From a bacterium (GTDB lineage Bacteria; Vulcanimicrobiota; JABDET01), in assembly GCA_021800275.1 (NCBI GenBank), contig JAJYZB010000003.1:680-64679 (forward strand): a stretch of 64,000 bases of DNA, read 5' to 3'. Below the pieces are notes generated by a model. It had not been told where the DNA came from, searched no databases, and saw only the letters and a program-made list of their open reading frames with translations. How positions within the stretch are numbered: the stretch's first letter is position 1; each line of letters begins with the position of its first letter. The position numbers and the translations under genes were made by a program. Below, piece after piece: positions 48,913-59,381 of this stretch.

Positions 48913-49207
48913 GAAGTCCTCAAAGAAAAAACCCTGCCTTTATCTTACGCGTTCAGTTTTCTATAGATTATATAAGCGAGGGGTGAACCTGTCGTTGAAA
49001 AAATCTGCCAAAACAGTTTTCCCATGTTCAACCTCCAATTCCTACCATACCCAAGAATAGTATAGCACACTTGTCAAGCCCTAAGCAATGGATCTAATTA
49101 TCGCAAAAATTGGCTGATTTATACGAATTTCGACAAATTTAACGACATTCTCGTAATTAACTCTGACTGGCTCAATAGATCTCTAAAAATCGCTGCTGGA
49201 TGGCGAA

Positions 49208-50380
49208 CTATTTTGTCTCTAACCCATGCAGAAGTTCGCTCATTTTCGTTTGGAGGACTACATTAAATTTTCCCCCTTGTATGTTGGCGGGAACAATCCC
49301 ATCTCCAATTTCAACGATCGCTTTCCATCTTCCATGGATGCGAGCTTTGTCCGTAGTGTCTTCCTCAAACCGTTCGACAGTTTCGGCAAGCCGCTCCATC
49401 GTGGGATTTTCCCCAAGATAATCAGCAGGATAACATGAAAGCTGCACGGCAAGATAAATGTCAGCCAGGTCATCCCAACAAGCTTTTGTTTCTTCTTCAC
49501 TCAAGTTCTCGTCCAGCATCTTTTCTAAAATGGCATGACGGAGAGCATTCACATTTTCCATAAGGAGAGCGTGATGTTTTCCATTTAACCATTTTGATTC
49601 AACTCTTCCTAAAAGTAAATCAGTGAGTAATTGTATGCGTTCAGTCATGCTGCCGCTTTTCACTTCGTTAAAATATTCAAGCTCTTTTAAAGCCAGCAGT
49701 GCTTCTCCAACTTTAATGACTCGCTCTTTTAAAGGAAGTTCCCTGTGCCGCCAAAAAAATTTTTGCTCAATTTCATCTAAAACAGTGTTAAGAGAGGCTG
49801 TAACATCATCAAGAAGTTTATACCGTATGGCAGTAGGATGAACGATGACTGGGGACAGGGAGCGCTTTACCCGTTCTTTATCTGCCATTTTTACCATCAG
49901 TGAAATTCCTTCCATGAATGGATGAAGAAGATCATTCGATCGGGTTATGTGTCCTTCGGGGAAGATAACAAGTGGACGTTCCCCCGCAATCATTATCTCT
50001 ACAGCCGTTTTCACAGCTAGACGATCCACTCCTTCCCTGTAAACGCTGAAAGCGCCAAAGGAACGCAGAATCAATTCCTTAATCCTGCCCTGCATGAACA
50101 GATGCCAGCTTGCCATGTAGTAAAAAGGGAAGCCGATTTTTTTACTGAGGAGTCCCATGACTGGAGGATCAGAAGGGCGGCAGTGATTTGGAGCAAGCAC
50201 AATGCCGGATCCTGATGAAATAGATCGCCGCAGATTGTCCAAACCCTTAAATTCAACGGAAACAACTCCGTCCTCTCTCTTCAGGTAAGCTGAGATAAAG
50301 AAATTTATAATTTTAGGTAAAATTTTTCCGTTAAATGGGGGAAAAAAACAATATGGTTTATTTAAAACAATATTTTGCAT
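49208..50380 (-). CDS. lysophospholipid acyltransferase family protein (PlsC-like)
   Basis: Acyltransferase motif I NHCRPSD and motif III IFPEGHITR; about 150-aa C-terminal extension. Confidence 0.6.
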   Translation of the reverse strand: MQNIVLNKPYCFFPPFNGKILPKIINFFISAYLKREDGVVSVEFKGLDNLRRSISSGSGIVLAPNHCRPSDPPVMGLLSKKIGFPFYYMASWHLFMQGRIKELILRSFGAFSVYREGVDRLAVKTAVEIMIAGERPLVIFPEGHITRSNDLLHPFMEGISLMVKMADKERVKRSLSPVIVHPTAIRYKLLDDVTASLNTVLDEIEQKFFWRHRELPLKERVIKVGEALLALKELEYFNEVKSGSMTERIQLLTDLLLGRVESKWLNGKHHALLMENVNALRHAILEKMLDENLSEEETKACWDDLADIYLAVQLSCYPADYLGENPTMERLAETVERFEEDTTDKARIHGRWKAIVEIGDGIVPANIQGGKFNVVLQTKMSELLHGLETK

Positions 50381-50530
50381 TTAAAAAAAATATTTTCTCT
50401 GAGGAAAGCTAAATGCCTACCAAATTAAGGATAAAATCTCAAAATAAAAGATTCATTTCAACAAAAGTTGCAAAAAATTTACAATTAACCCAGAGATTTG
50501 ACCGATCTTTCAGCCTGAAATGAGAGATTT

Positions 50531-51064
50531 TTGAGAAGACGTCATGAAATTTTGTACATGAAAGCCAACTATCTTTATCATGTGGATGCCAGAAACATGA
50601 AAATCTTGATGCAGGCAGCTCAAGGACCAGAGTCCTGGATATTCCCTGTTTTCCCTGTGAGTTTGCACAACGTGCAGTACAACTACTACTTGCTGCTGAT
50701 TCGCAAAATCACTCGAAATGCTCACAGCGGAGAATATAAAATAGAAGCCTATCTGGATCAACAACGTGTAAAACATAGAGTTTACTGGAAAAAAGGAAAT
50801 CTGTATGACGTCTCTTTATTCCCAAACAACAGCAGAGTTATCACTGAAAGTTCCTTTATATGGAATGATGAACAGTCGGACTTAAGACAGATCTCATATA
50901 TCCTGAATATGGATGGGGAGATTCAAATTTGTGAAAATCGTTCTGATATGCAAAAAGTGACAGTTTTCAAGCGAGAAAACGCATCACAGATTAAATTCTT
51001 CTCAAAAAGAATCTTTGATTTCATTCTAAAGAAACAGATCCATGTCCCTCTGATACCGGTGTAA
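50531..51064 (+). CDS. hypothetical protein
   Basis: 177-aa ORF with no recognised motif; start uncertain (several in-frame Met). Confidence 0.3.
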   Translation: MRRRHEILYMKANYLYHVDARNMKILMQAAQGPESWIFPVFPVSLHNVQYNYYLLLIRKITRNAHSGEYKIEAYLDQQRVKHRVYWKKGNLYDVSLFPNNSRVITESSFIWNDEQSDLRQISYILNMDGEIQICENRSDMQKVTVFKRENASQIKFFSKRIFDFILKKQIHVPLIPV

Positions 51065-51112
51065 AAGACCATCCATGAAAAAGTCAGTGGATAAAAGTTC
51101 AGAAGCATTTTT

Positions 51113-52018
51113 TTACCCGACAGAAGCGTATTCCTGGTAAAGCTGCGTAATACTGTCGGTAAAAGAACGATGCACAGGGTTCCATCCAATTTTTGAAGCT
51201 CTTTTTGTGGAGACCACCTGATCAAGAGCCAGGGCATCTGCAAAAAGCCCCATGTTCTGTTTTGCTTTATCCAAAGGCATTGACTGCACTTCTCCTTTTT
51301 TCCCTGCAGTCAGGCTGGCGCTTTCCGCCATGTCAAGCACCCTGGTGGGAGTTCCATCCACCCCATGAAAAATCCCAGAAGATCTACTTTTTGCGATTAA
51401 ATAATATAATTTTGCCAAATCATCACGGTGCACTAAGCTCCAGCGATTCTTACCCTCTCCCACATAAGCCGCTCTGCCATCTTTCAAAGCAGAAGAAAAA
51501 AATCCAGAACAGATTCCACCAGAGCCGCCGTAAACAATTCCAGGTCTTATAACAGCAGTGGTCAGGTGCCTTTCATTTTCAGATAAAACTCTTTTTTCGA
51601 CCTCCACCCTCCATTTCACAATTTCTGCAGGGTGATCGACAGGAGCTGATTCATCCACAAGAGAATCTCCTGTGTTTCCTAAAACCCATACCCCTGAAGT
51701 ATAAATAAAGGAAAGGGGATGATGGGCGGATTTCGCAGAAGTCAGCAGGGTTTCTACAGCCTTCTTGTCAATCAGCGAACTCTCGGGGCTGGTTTCGCTG
51801 CCTGCATGAATAATTACATCGTGTTCTGAGGCAACCTGAGAAAAAGCTTCTGGATTTTTTAAATCTCCAAAATGCGGCTCTGCTCCTCTCTGTTTCAAAT
51901 TTTTTTCTTTTTCTCTACTTCTTGTTAAAACAGTTACCTGTTCTCCATTTTTCATGAAAACTTCAAGAATTGCGCTTCCAATATATCCTGTTCCACCAGT
52001 AAGAAAAACTTTCATCAT
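51113..52018 (-). CDS. NAD(P)-binding atypical SDR (epimerase/dehydratase / NmrA-like)
   Basis: Rossmann motif MKVFLTGGTGYIGSAIL and overall extended-SDR layout. Confidence 0.65.
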   Translation of the reverse strand: MMKVFLTGGTGYIGSAILEVFMKNGEQVTVLTRSREKEKNLKQRGAEPHFGDLKNPEAFSQVASEHDVIIHAGSETSPESSLIDKKAVETLLTSAKSAHHPLSFIYTSGVWVLGNTGDSLVDESAPVDHPAEIVKWRVEVEKRVLSENERHLTTAVIRPGIVYGGSGGICSGFFSSALKDGRAAYVGEGKNRWSLVHRDDLAKLYYLIAKSRSSGIFHGVDGTPTRVLDMAESASLTAGKKGEVQSMPLDKAKQNMGLFADALALDQVVSTKRASKIGWNPVHRSFTDSITQLYQEYASVG

Positions 52019-52380
52019 GCTCCTCCTCTTTTTAATTCTTTTGGCAGGCTCTCAATTTTGCTGGCAAGAATAAAATCGTTTTCCGACAATCCCCCAATTG
52101 CATGGGTAGATAAAACAACAGTCAATTTTCTATAATTTGTTAGATGCAGATCCGGATGATGCCCTTCTTTTTCCGCCAATTCAGCAATGCTCCGAATCAA
52201 CTGAACTGCAGCAGAAAAGTTTTTCATTAAAAAAAATTTGGAAATCTGCTTAGAATCAGCATCCAGTTCCCAGCCTTGCATATCGGCTAAGTACGATTCA
52301 GCCTGACTTTTAGTTAAAGGGGGAACTCCGCCTTCACAAGGTTTACAGGACTTCTGCTGAAATTCTTGCATACTGCTCAT
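52015..52380 (-). CDS. pterin-4-alpha-carbinolamine dehydratase (PhhB/PCD)
   Basis: PCD signature EGHHPDLHLTNYRKLTVVLSTH and PhhB-like N-terminus with CxxC (SCKPCEGGVPPLT); 4-nt overlap with the upstream SDR gene. Confidence 0.75.
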   Translation of the reverse strand: MSSMQEFQQKSCKPCEGGVPPLTKSQAESYLADMQGWELDADSKQISKFFLMKNFSAAVQLIRSIAELAEKEGHHPDLHLTNYRKLTVVLSTHAIGGLSENDFILASKIESLPKELKRGGA

Positions 52381-52545
52381 ATATTTTCAATCCAATCAAG
52401 TCAATCCCAAAGTTAAGTGGTTTCTTATCCAGTCAGTAATAGTTTTTAAATTCATGATTTTTCTCCTTTCGTTTCAAACATGTTAATTTTGTAGAAAATA
52501 GAATTTCTCTGCAGAGGAAAAGGCAACTACCATAAAGGAGAAACT

Positions 52546-52977
52546 TTGGCAGAGCTTGAAGAAAAGATCCAGGATACCTACTGCTTGCAAGCCGCGAATG
52601 AAGAAGATATGAAGAAGCAGAACGAAATACAGAAACTTTTGCAAAAAGGAAGAGAGGACCCCAATATTGCAGCAGTTTTACTTTACGGGAGCAGAGCCCG
52701 ATCTGAAGAAACACCCTTTTCTGATGTGGATGTTTGTCTCATATCACGCAAAAAACCTTCAATTCAAGAAAAATTAAAGTACTTAGAATACGATCTTGAT
52801 CTCCATTTTTTCCGTGATCTTCCTCTTTATATCAGAAAAAGAGTCATTCAGGAAGGAAAAATTTTACTTTCCAAAGATGACCCATTCCTTTATGATCTGG
52901 CATACCGCACAATCAGAGACTTCGAAGATTTTAAACCCTATTACTACCAATATTTGAAGGCAGTAGAAAGTGCTTGA
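52546..52977 (+). CDS. minimal nucleotidyltransferase (MNT) antitoxin-like protein
   Basis: Pol-beta NTase motif LLYGSRARSEETPFSDVDVCL (GS...DxD). Confidence 0.65.
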   Translation: MAELEEKIQDTYCLQAANEEDMKKQNEIQKLLQKGREDPNIAAVLLYGSRARSEETPFSDVDVCLISRKKPSIQEKLKYLEYDLDLHFFRDLPLYIRKRVIQEGKILLSKDDPFLYDLAYRTIRDFEDFKPYYYQYLKAVESA

Positions 52978-53392
52978 TAAAGAGCGGATTTTAAACAGAA
53001 TCTCCATTCTTGAAAAACATTTGAAAGAGCTGCAAGAGATCATCCCAAAGAGTTACCAAAATTATCAAGAAATCAAAACAAAAAGATCATGTGAAAGACT
53101 ACTGCAGATCTCTATAGAATGTGTCATGGAAATCTGTAGTTTAATGGTCGCTGGACTTAAGCTAGGGCTGCCTGGAGAAGAAGATGATCTGATTCAAAAA
53201 TTAATAAATTCAGGTATTTTTTCTGATTCACTAGGAGCAGTTCTGAAAAAAATGAAAGGATTCCGCAACAGGCTGGTTCATGAATATGAAAAAACGGATG
53301 ATCGTCTGGTTTATGAAATTTTAAAACGAAATTACAATGATTTTGAAAAATTTAAAAATTCAATCAAAAAAGCTCTTTCTTCGCGAAAATAA
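52970..53392 (+). CDS. HEPN-domain (HepT/DUF86) toxin-like protein
   Basis: HEPN Rx4-6H motif RNRLVHEY near the C-terminus; 8-nt overlap with the upstream MNT gene. Confidence 0.65.
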   Translation: MLDKERILNRISILEKHLKELQEIIPKSYQNYQEIKTKRSCERLLQISIECVMEICSLMVAGLKLGLPGEEDDLIQKLINSGIFSDSLGAVLKKMKGFRNRLVHEYEKTDDRLVYEILKRNYNDFEKFKNSIKKALSSRK

Positions 53393-54509
53393 AAAGATTT
53401 GGCGATTGCGAATAGAACCTTAATTGTTCTCTTGAAAAGAGTGCGGATAAGCTTTTTTTACTATCCTTATCCACTGATTAAACCCCTGGTTCCCTTCAAA
53501 AAACTACTGCTGGCTTCCGCTGTGGATATTGGGATCATGAAACTGTCTTGGATTTTGCGTTTCAAGCAGCAAAAGCCATCAGCTATTTCGAGGACGCTGA
53601 ACGTGAACCAATGCCGCGGCTGCTGAAACCAATCTCCTGGGAAAAAATACGCTCTCACTTTGAAAATTTAAGTTCTGAAATCACTGCTGAGCTGCTGAAA
53701 TAAAAAAAACTATCTCGAGTATAATCTTTGCTCCGATCTTGCCCATGGCAGCAATCCTGCTGAAAGGGATTCCACTCCCTTCATTTTCACCTCTGAATGC
53801 TGTTTTTTTCCTTGAATTCCCTTTTATTTTATGGTATGATATGGGAAATGGTTTCAAAAAAGTTGAAAGTTTTTTTTAAAAAACGACTATCCGCCGCTTT
53901 TGACACGGTAAAACTATTTATGAAGCCCTTAAAACCCGTTTCCCGGACCCGTGAACTTTTCCCGAAAAAAAACTTGAAACTGCAGCGCTGCCAAACATCT
54001 TTCCTGAGTGTGTCAGACATCAGTTTATTAATCGAGGCTTTCTCACAGGCCATTTTGAAAGGAAAGTTTGCGCCTGGGCGAACCCTGAACAATCTCATTC
54101 TGTGATTGAGAACCTTGTGAGTGCGGCTTCCCTGGCTGGAAAGAGTGCATTTCAAAGTCTGAAGATGTCACTTTTCCCAATGAATATGGGAGGGAGAACT
54201 CAGTGAAAAAAGAATTATCACACAGTAGCAAAAAGTTATAAAAAGGTTCAAGGCAGTGACAAAAACATCGCATAATAAAAAACAAAATTTTAACTTAGAA
54301 GAAGAATGGGATTCTATTCTGAAAGAATTCGGTTCAAATTCTCCTCGATTCCGCAGATACAATAAAAAACAGCAAGAAAGTTGGTTTGCCTCACAACTTT
54401 TGTTGACTGTCATTGCAAAATCAAAACATGAACCATTAAAATCTGACCTGGAGAATCTTTACCTCGATTTCAAGAAACAAAGACTGAGCAGCTAGCCTAT
54501 TTTAAGTCA

Positions 54510-54947
54510 TCAAGATAATTGAATTTTTCGGGGAAAATCACTGTCTCCTATTTTATGAGTCAGCTTCCCATCGCTGCCAGTAACCGCATACTTTTCCCCT
54601 TTTTGTCTTTGCGCTTTTATCCATTTGGGGAAATAATTGCTTTCAGTGGAAATGACAGTAGAGAATTCTTGATAATTTAGACAGCAAACGCCATTATTGT
54701 TACAAACCAGCAAAATAAAAACTTCTTTGAACCCATTTTGAACTTTTTTGATTTCCTCTATGTGTGCTTCAGTGAAAGTAAATATCCACGGTGAAATTCT
54801 TTTTTGAGAATACTTAATATATATTGGTATTCTTTCGTCAATAATGTAAGAAGAATTGTTGGTTTCAATTTTCTCAAATCTACTTGCCTTTTCCCCTATC
54901 ATTCTTGAAAAGACCACTCCGTGAAAAAAATCAATATCAGCAATCAC
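54510..54947 (-). CDS. hypothetical protein co-operonic with Z1-domain NTPase (possible effector/nuclease partner)
   Basis: 145-aa ORF overlapping the Z1 gene stop by 4 nt; Cys-containing segment FILLVCNNNGVCCLNYQEF; no confident fold assignment. Confidence 0.35.
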   Translation of the reverse strand: MIADIDFFHGVVFSRMIGEKASRFEKIETNNSSYIIDERIPIYIKYSQKRISPWIFTFTEAHIEEIKKVQNGFKEVFILLVCNNNGVCCLNYQEFSTVISTESNYFPKWIKAQRQKGEKYAVTGSDGKLTHKIGDSDFPRKIQLS

Positions 54948-56812
54948 GGTCTATTTCTTCCCAAATTTTTTAAAAAATTGGTCCCACTGATTCCTAGGAA
55001 TTTATAGAAAATTCTAGCTTTCCTTTGGGCATTGTAGAACACTTTGATATGGTGAATTGCATGAGGGAACTTGCCTTTCTCGAGGTCTGCATCACCAATG
55101 AATCCTCTTCTTCTTGAGATGTTATCTTGATTTGCATCCGTATATCCACTAATACACGTGGGTTTATGGATAGCAATGGAATGGTTTCCATCAGGACTGT
55201 CCTGAGAGATAAAGTTTATTATATGCAACGGCAGCACGCCATCTCCAAGTTCATTTCTTAAACTTGAGAGCCTTTCCAATGGTGGAAGATCTCTTGAAAA
55301 ATTTGTTTCAATTTCTTGTGTAAGGACAAAGATTTCACAGCTTATTTCTCCGCTGCTCATTTGCACAGTAGTTCTATCAATGCTTGCGGCTGCGACTGAC
55401 CTTATTCGCCTATCTTCTATCCAGACTGGTGGATTACCGTTTTTCGCGGACTCAAGTGCTAGCCTATGAAAAACAAAACAACGATGCCAATCTGCGTATA
55501 ATTGCTCAGGAATTGTAAGCTCGAAATATTTAAGATAATGGCGTCTTAAGCCAAACATTCTGGCTCTTTGTATATAAGTATCCTGCTGCATCCTGGTTCT
55601 AACTGTTCTAGTAAAAAACATTGAAAGCAGGTTAACAAAAGTCACACCGCGGGAAATAATATTTCCTCCAATAGCTATAGTAAAAAGAGTTTTTGGATTT
55701 GAGGCTTTGTCTAAATTAGCCTGGTCTCTTTTACTATTTATAACAAGGACAGCACTTCTATTTATGTTATTCAAGATGTAACTTGTGATGTTATTTGCAG
55801 TGGTTGCATCATACTTTTTATTTGCTAAATCATATATTTGCCTTACATAGGATTCATACTTCCTGTTACTCGTATCTTTTAGGATATTAATCGCGTTAAC
55901 TATAACATTATGATCTCTTGAATGATCTACAGTCTTACTACTTGTATGTATAAGCATGGAATATGCTTTTTCTTTTTCGATATTTTCATTCTGATTAAGA
56001 TAAGCGACGTTAATCAAAAAACGGAATAGGGCTTCTATTAGAAATTTGGGCTCATCAGAATGTGCTGGTAAAAACTTAAGTTGATATTTTAGACTGTCAA
56101 TGCTAAGGTCAGATGGAAAGAAGTCATTATATCCAACATAATCTCTATGAGGCAGAAATTTAACCCATCTGTCATTAGCGTTTTCAAATGTGTTATTAAG
56201 ATCTAATCTCGCTGGAGTAGCGGTAACACCTATATACTTCTTTCCTTTTTCAAACAATTTCCCAATCAAACGGTTGATTTCAGTTTTATCTCCTCTATTA
56301 ATCCTGCCATTGGGACTTGCATAATCAGCCTCATCATCTATTATTATTTTATCAAATTCCCCGATTTTTCTAATTAACTTTCTTAAATCAGAAGCGTTTT
56401 TCTTGCAGAAAATAACCCAATTAGAATCCTTGATTTGATAAATTTCATCCAAAATTTCTGTATAATTTTTAGGATCAGGATCAATGCCCGCTTCTGAAAA
56501 ACGACGCAAATTTTGTTCTAAAAGTCCAACGTTATCGTTAAGTAAAATAACAATAATTTTATTCCCCTTATCCAATAGTTTGGCGGTTAACGCAATCATC
56601 ATTTCTGTTTTGCCACTTTGTGGATCACCATAAATAATGAAAGAATCTGCACCATTATCTAAATTTCTCTCGGCATCACTGACAGTTCCCTCAATAGAAA
56701 CTGTATCCTTCTCGCTCCTTTTAATACGATCAATCTGCCTTTGGTACTGAACGAATCTCTCTTTTCTATCTATAAATCTATTGATATCAAAAGTCATTCT
56801 GGTTTTCCCCAA
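54944..56812 (-). CDS. Z1-domain P-loop NTPase (SF2 helicase-like; defence-island type)
   Basis: Walker A GDPQSGKTEMM, Walker B IIIDDEAD, TAT motif GVTATPAR, and motif VI-like IAIGGNIISRGVTF...RMFGLR arranged as in Z1 domain proteins. Confidence 0.6.
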   Translation of the reverse strand: MGKTRMTFDINRFIDRKERFVQYQRQIDRIKRSEKDTVSIEGTVSDAERNLDNGADSFIIYGDPQSGKTEMMIALTAKLLDKGNKIIVILLNDNVGLLEQNLRRFSEAGIDPDPKNYTEILDEIYQIKDSNWVIFCKKNASDLRKLIRKIGEFDKIIIDDEADYASPNGRINRGDKTEINRLIGKLFEKGKKYIGVTATPARLDLNNTFENANDRWVKFLPHRDYVGYNDFFPSDLSIDSLKYQLKFLPAHSDEPKFLIEALFRFLINVAYLNQNENIEKEKAYSMLIHTSSKTVDHSRDHNVIVNAINILKDTSNRKYESYVRQIYDLANKKYDATTANNITSYILNNINRSAVLVINSKRDQANLDKASNPKTLFTIAIGGNIISRGVTFVNLLSMFFTRTVRTRMQQDTYIQRARMFGLRRHYLKYFELTIPEQLYADWHRCFVFHRLALESAKNGNPPVWIEDRRIRSVAAASIDRTTVQMSSGEISCEIFVLTQEIETNFSRDLPPLERLSSLRNELGDGVLPLHIINFISQDSPDGNHSIAIHKPTCISGYTDANQDNISRRRGFIGDADLEKGKFPHAIHHIKVFYNAQRKARIFYKFLGISGTNFLKNLGRNRP

Positions 56813-57022
56813 CTGTGTCTTCTACGCTACGGAATTTTTAGTTAAAATTACTTTTCCGGGCTGTGCTGGGATTTCCCTTTTGCGTTTTAAAGAAACACAC
56901 GAGTAAGATCAACTTAAAATGCTTGTGCCTTCACGAAACGCGGGAGAAAGCAAGGCGCAGACTATTCGCTGCTATCGTTTATTAGTAAATATCAGTTCAA
57001 ATCATTTAATGCTAATGTCTGT

Positions 57023-57739
57023 TTACTTCTTTCCATTTACAATCCGCTTTAAATCGCCAATGAACTTGTCAAACATTTTCACCCTATCGCTCTCTTCTAC
57101 GATCTGTTCGCTCATGACATAGCCGCCATCAGTGTCAAGTTCCACAATCGCCCTTCCTTTTTTTGCAGGGAACTTTTTAGTCAGGGTGCTGTCCTCATCT
57201 GGAGTTATAAAAAAGACTTTAATATGTTTTGTTACTTCATCTGAGCCAAGTTTGATTTTCCAATAACCTGTTTGAGCGATTCTTTCTCTCAGGGTTACTT
57301 TACTCGAAATAACGGCAACAGGGGTGCATGAATGTGGATCATAAATAACCAGATCTACATCAGGTAGATGATGGCCGAAAGAACCATAATCTACAAGAAG
57401 TGCTCTTTTCACAAGATTTAATTCTCGTGAAAGATGACTGTTTGTGGTTCTTTCTAATGCATTCCCTTCAACAATTTTAAGTCCTAAATTTTCGACTTCA
57501 TCTCTAATGATATGCAGAACAAGTTTTTCTAGATTTTTGCCTTTAAAAGCTCTCCAGGATTGTTCATGATCAGGAATCCTTCCTTCTGCTTTTGCTCGCG
57601 CTGCTGTTGTGCTATTCGCAAAGTCTTTCTTGTGAATCTCTTTTGCTTCTATTAAAAGAGAAGTGATGTGTCTGTAAGTTTCTTCTCCGTGCTTTCGCTT
57701 TTTATCCTGATACAGGGCCAGTAAATCATCAAACTTCAT
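57023..57739 (-). CDS. putative restriction endonuclease (PD-(D/E)xK-like)
   Basis: Gene overlaps the upstream MTase stop by 4 nt; candidate catalytic segment HLPDVDLVIYDP...VAVISSKVTLRE; weak. Confidence 0.4.
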   Translation of the reverse strand: MKFDDLLALYQDKKRKHGEETYRHITSLLIEAKEIHKKDFANSTTAARAKAEGRIPDHEQSWRAFKGKNLEKLVLHIIRDEVENLGLKIVEGNALERTTNSHLSRELNLVKRALLVDYGSFGHHLPDVDLVIYDPHSCTPVAVISSKVTLRERIAQTGYWKIKLGSDEVTKHIKVFFITPDEDSTLTKKFPAKKGRAIVELDTDGGYVMSEQIVEESDRVKMFDKFIGDLKRIVNGKK

Positions 57740-58989
57740 TGTATGTCTTGATGATTCTCTGACGAATTGGTTTCTTTCTCTGAATCTTTTTCTCTAGAGT
57801 ACTGGGTCCAATTAACTTTTGTTCTGGTAGAAGACAATTTGTTTTCAGAAACCTTCCTCATCAAAAAAAGGTGTTTGAAACCCCTTAAATAAAAGTTAAA
57901 TCTGATGGCTCTGTTATGCCACATTCCTGTATTAGATGTCTGATTCCGTCTGGTCACGCAGATCATGTCAACTGTTTCAAAATACTTACACAATCTCTGA
58001 TAAATGAGAAATCCAACAGGTGTAAATTTCTTTTTAACCCACTGATCTCCAATAAGCCAGCCTAACACTTTATCAGGTTTTAAAATCCGATGACATTCTT
58101 TCATTACTTTTTCAAGCTCATCATAAAACTCTTCAGACTCAGCCGAAATCTTGCCGATATTCCCTGGATGAGAATTATAAGCGATATTATCTCCATACGG
58201 AGAATCAATAAAAATCATATCCACACTGTTATCCTCTAAGGGGATTTTTCTCGCATCATTCTGGATGACATCAGATCTTGGAGGGGCTATATCATAAGCC
58301 ACACATTTTCGATTTTCTTCTCGGCAAACATCCAGGGTTGTGCCGCTCCCAGCCATAGGATCAACAACCAGATCTCCTGGCTCCGTGTATCTTTTTATCA
58401 TGTTATAAATAATAAAAGCAGGAGTAACTCCTGCATAACGGTTGTTCCCTTTAGGAGTTTTGCCATAACTCTGCCTTGGAAAATCCCACAATGTTGTAGA
58501 TTCAAGGGTGGGCTTGTCATCAGCAGATTTCTGAAGGTTTTTTAATTTTTTGGGTATAACAAGTTGAACATTGAGAGGATTTGAACCATTACTGCTTCCG
58601 TTTTCAAAACACTCAATCAGGATGCCTGCCAATTCGCTGCTGAGTGGCTCCCTCCAATCAATGCCCAATTGATTTAAAATTTTCCCAGAAGTCTTACCCA
58701 CTGTCGTTTTATTGGTTTTTTCAATTTTTACCTGATAGGGATACTTTCCACCCCAGGCTTCTGGAACAAGATCCTTTTTTCCATCAGATTCTGCTTTAAA
58801 TGGACCATAAAAAATATCTGAATCCAGGTTGAGCAAAAATAACCTGTCCCCCTTTTTCACCTGCAGAGCTTTTTCAGCATACAATTTATTTGTGGAGAAA
58901 AGCATTCTGTCAAAGCACTCTTGTTCAGTTTTGTTTGTGCAAGCGAAAATGTATCCCATGACTTCTGCGACTGTTTGTGCTTGACTCAT
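57736..58989 (-). CDS. DNA amino-methyltransferase (N6-adenine or N4-cytosine) with N-terminal DCD/EVE-like PUA-type reader domain
   Basis: MTase motif I VVDPMAGSGTTLDV and motif IV MIFIDSPYGD; N-terminal 90 aa GYIFACTNKTEQECFDRMLF...DRLFLLNLDSDIFYGPFKAESDGKKDLVPEAWGGKYPYQVKIE match the DCD domain consensus (GxIFxCxxxTxxEC...LF...LFL....L.G.F.A.SDG...AW...FPAQV). Confidence 0.65.
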   Translation of the reverse strand: MSQAQTVAEVMGYIFACTNKTEQECFDRMLFSTNKLYAEKALQVKKGDRLFLLNLDSDIFYGPFKAESDGKKDLVPEAWGGKYPYQVKIEKTNKTTVGKTSGKILNQLGIDWREPLSSELAGILIECFENGSSNGSNPLNVQLVIPKKLKNLQKSADDKPTLESTTLWDFPRQSYGKTPKGNNRYAGVTPAFIIYNMIKRYTEPGDLVVDPMAGSGTTLDVCREENRKCVAYDIAPPRSDVIQNDARKIPLEDNSVDMIFIDSPYGDNIAYNSHPGNIGKISAESEEFYDELEKVMKECHRILKPDKVLGWLIGDQWVKKKFTPVGFLIYQRLCKYFETVDMICVTRRNQTSNTGMWHNRAIRFNFYLRGFKHLFLMRKVSENKLSSTRTKVNWTQYSREKDSEKETNSSENHQDIQ

Positions 58990-59381
58990 TTTACATTCTC
59001 CTCCTGATGACTCTAACGGTACTCTGGTATTCCTGACACTTTAATTTTTTAGGGACAAAATCTCTCGGCTATGTGCTCATCCTGCAAAATCTTTTACTCT
59101 CAACACGATTCCTCCTTGTGGATTTCCTAAAATCACTCCACTGTGTTGGCAATTTTTGGGCGATTATATTTTTCATAGTGAATCCCAAATTGTCAGTGTT
59201 TCTTTTTGAAGTCTCAGGCGTCCGCCGACAAACTTTACGTAAGGGAGAATGTGTCCATTCTTGTCTTCTATATAAGCTGGAGTGAGAGAAGGCTCCTCAA
59301 AAGCCTCTCCAATGCCCATACTCTCTGCATTTGTCCAAAACCCACTCCAGTTGCAGTGTTCCAAAATCTCATAATTTTCTT

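Noticed and set aside
53393-54510. Small ORFs 53399..53626, 53797..54105, 54256..54495 as real genes
   Set aside because: No RBS or motif support; an in-frame fragment without a start codon (…DFAFQAAKAISYFEDAEREPMPRLLKPISWEKIRSHFENLSSEITAELLK) suggests this stretch is decayed coding sequence, not intact genes.
58990-59381. Possible degraded restriction endonuclease partner for the second methyltransferase (63-aa minus-strand ORF 59173..59364)
   Set aside because: Too short, no nuclease motif, no RBS; the second MTase is more simply an orphan or second modification subunit. Mentioned only as a possibility within the defence-region finding.
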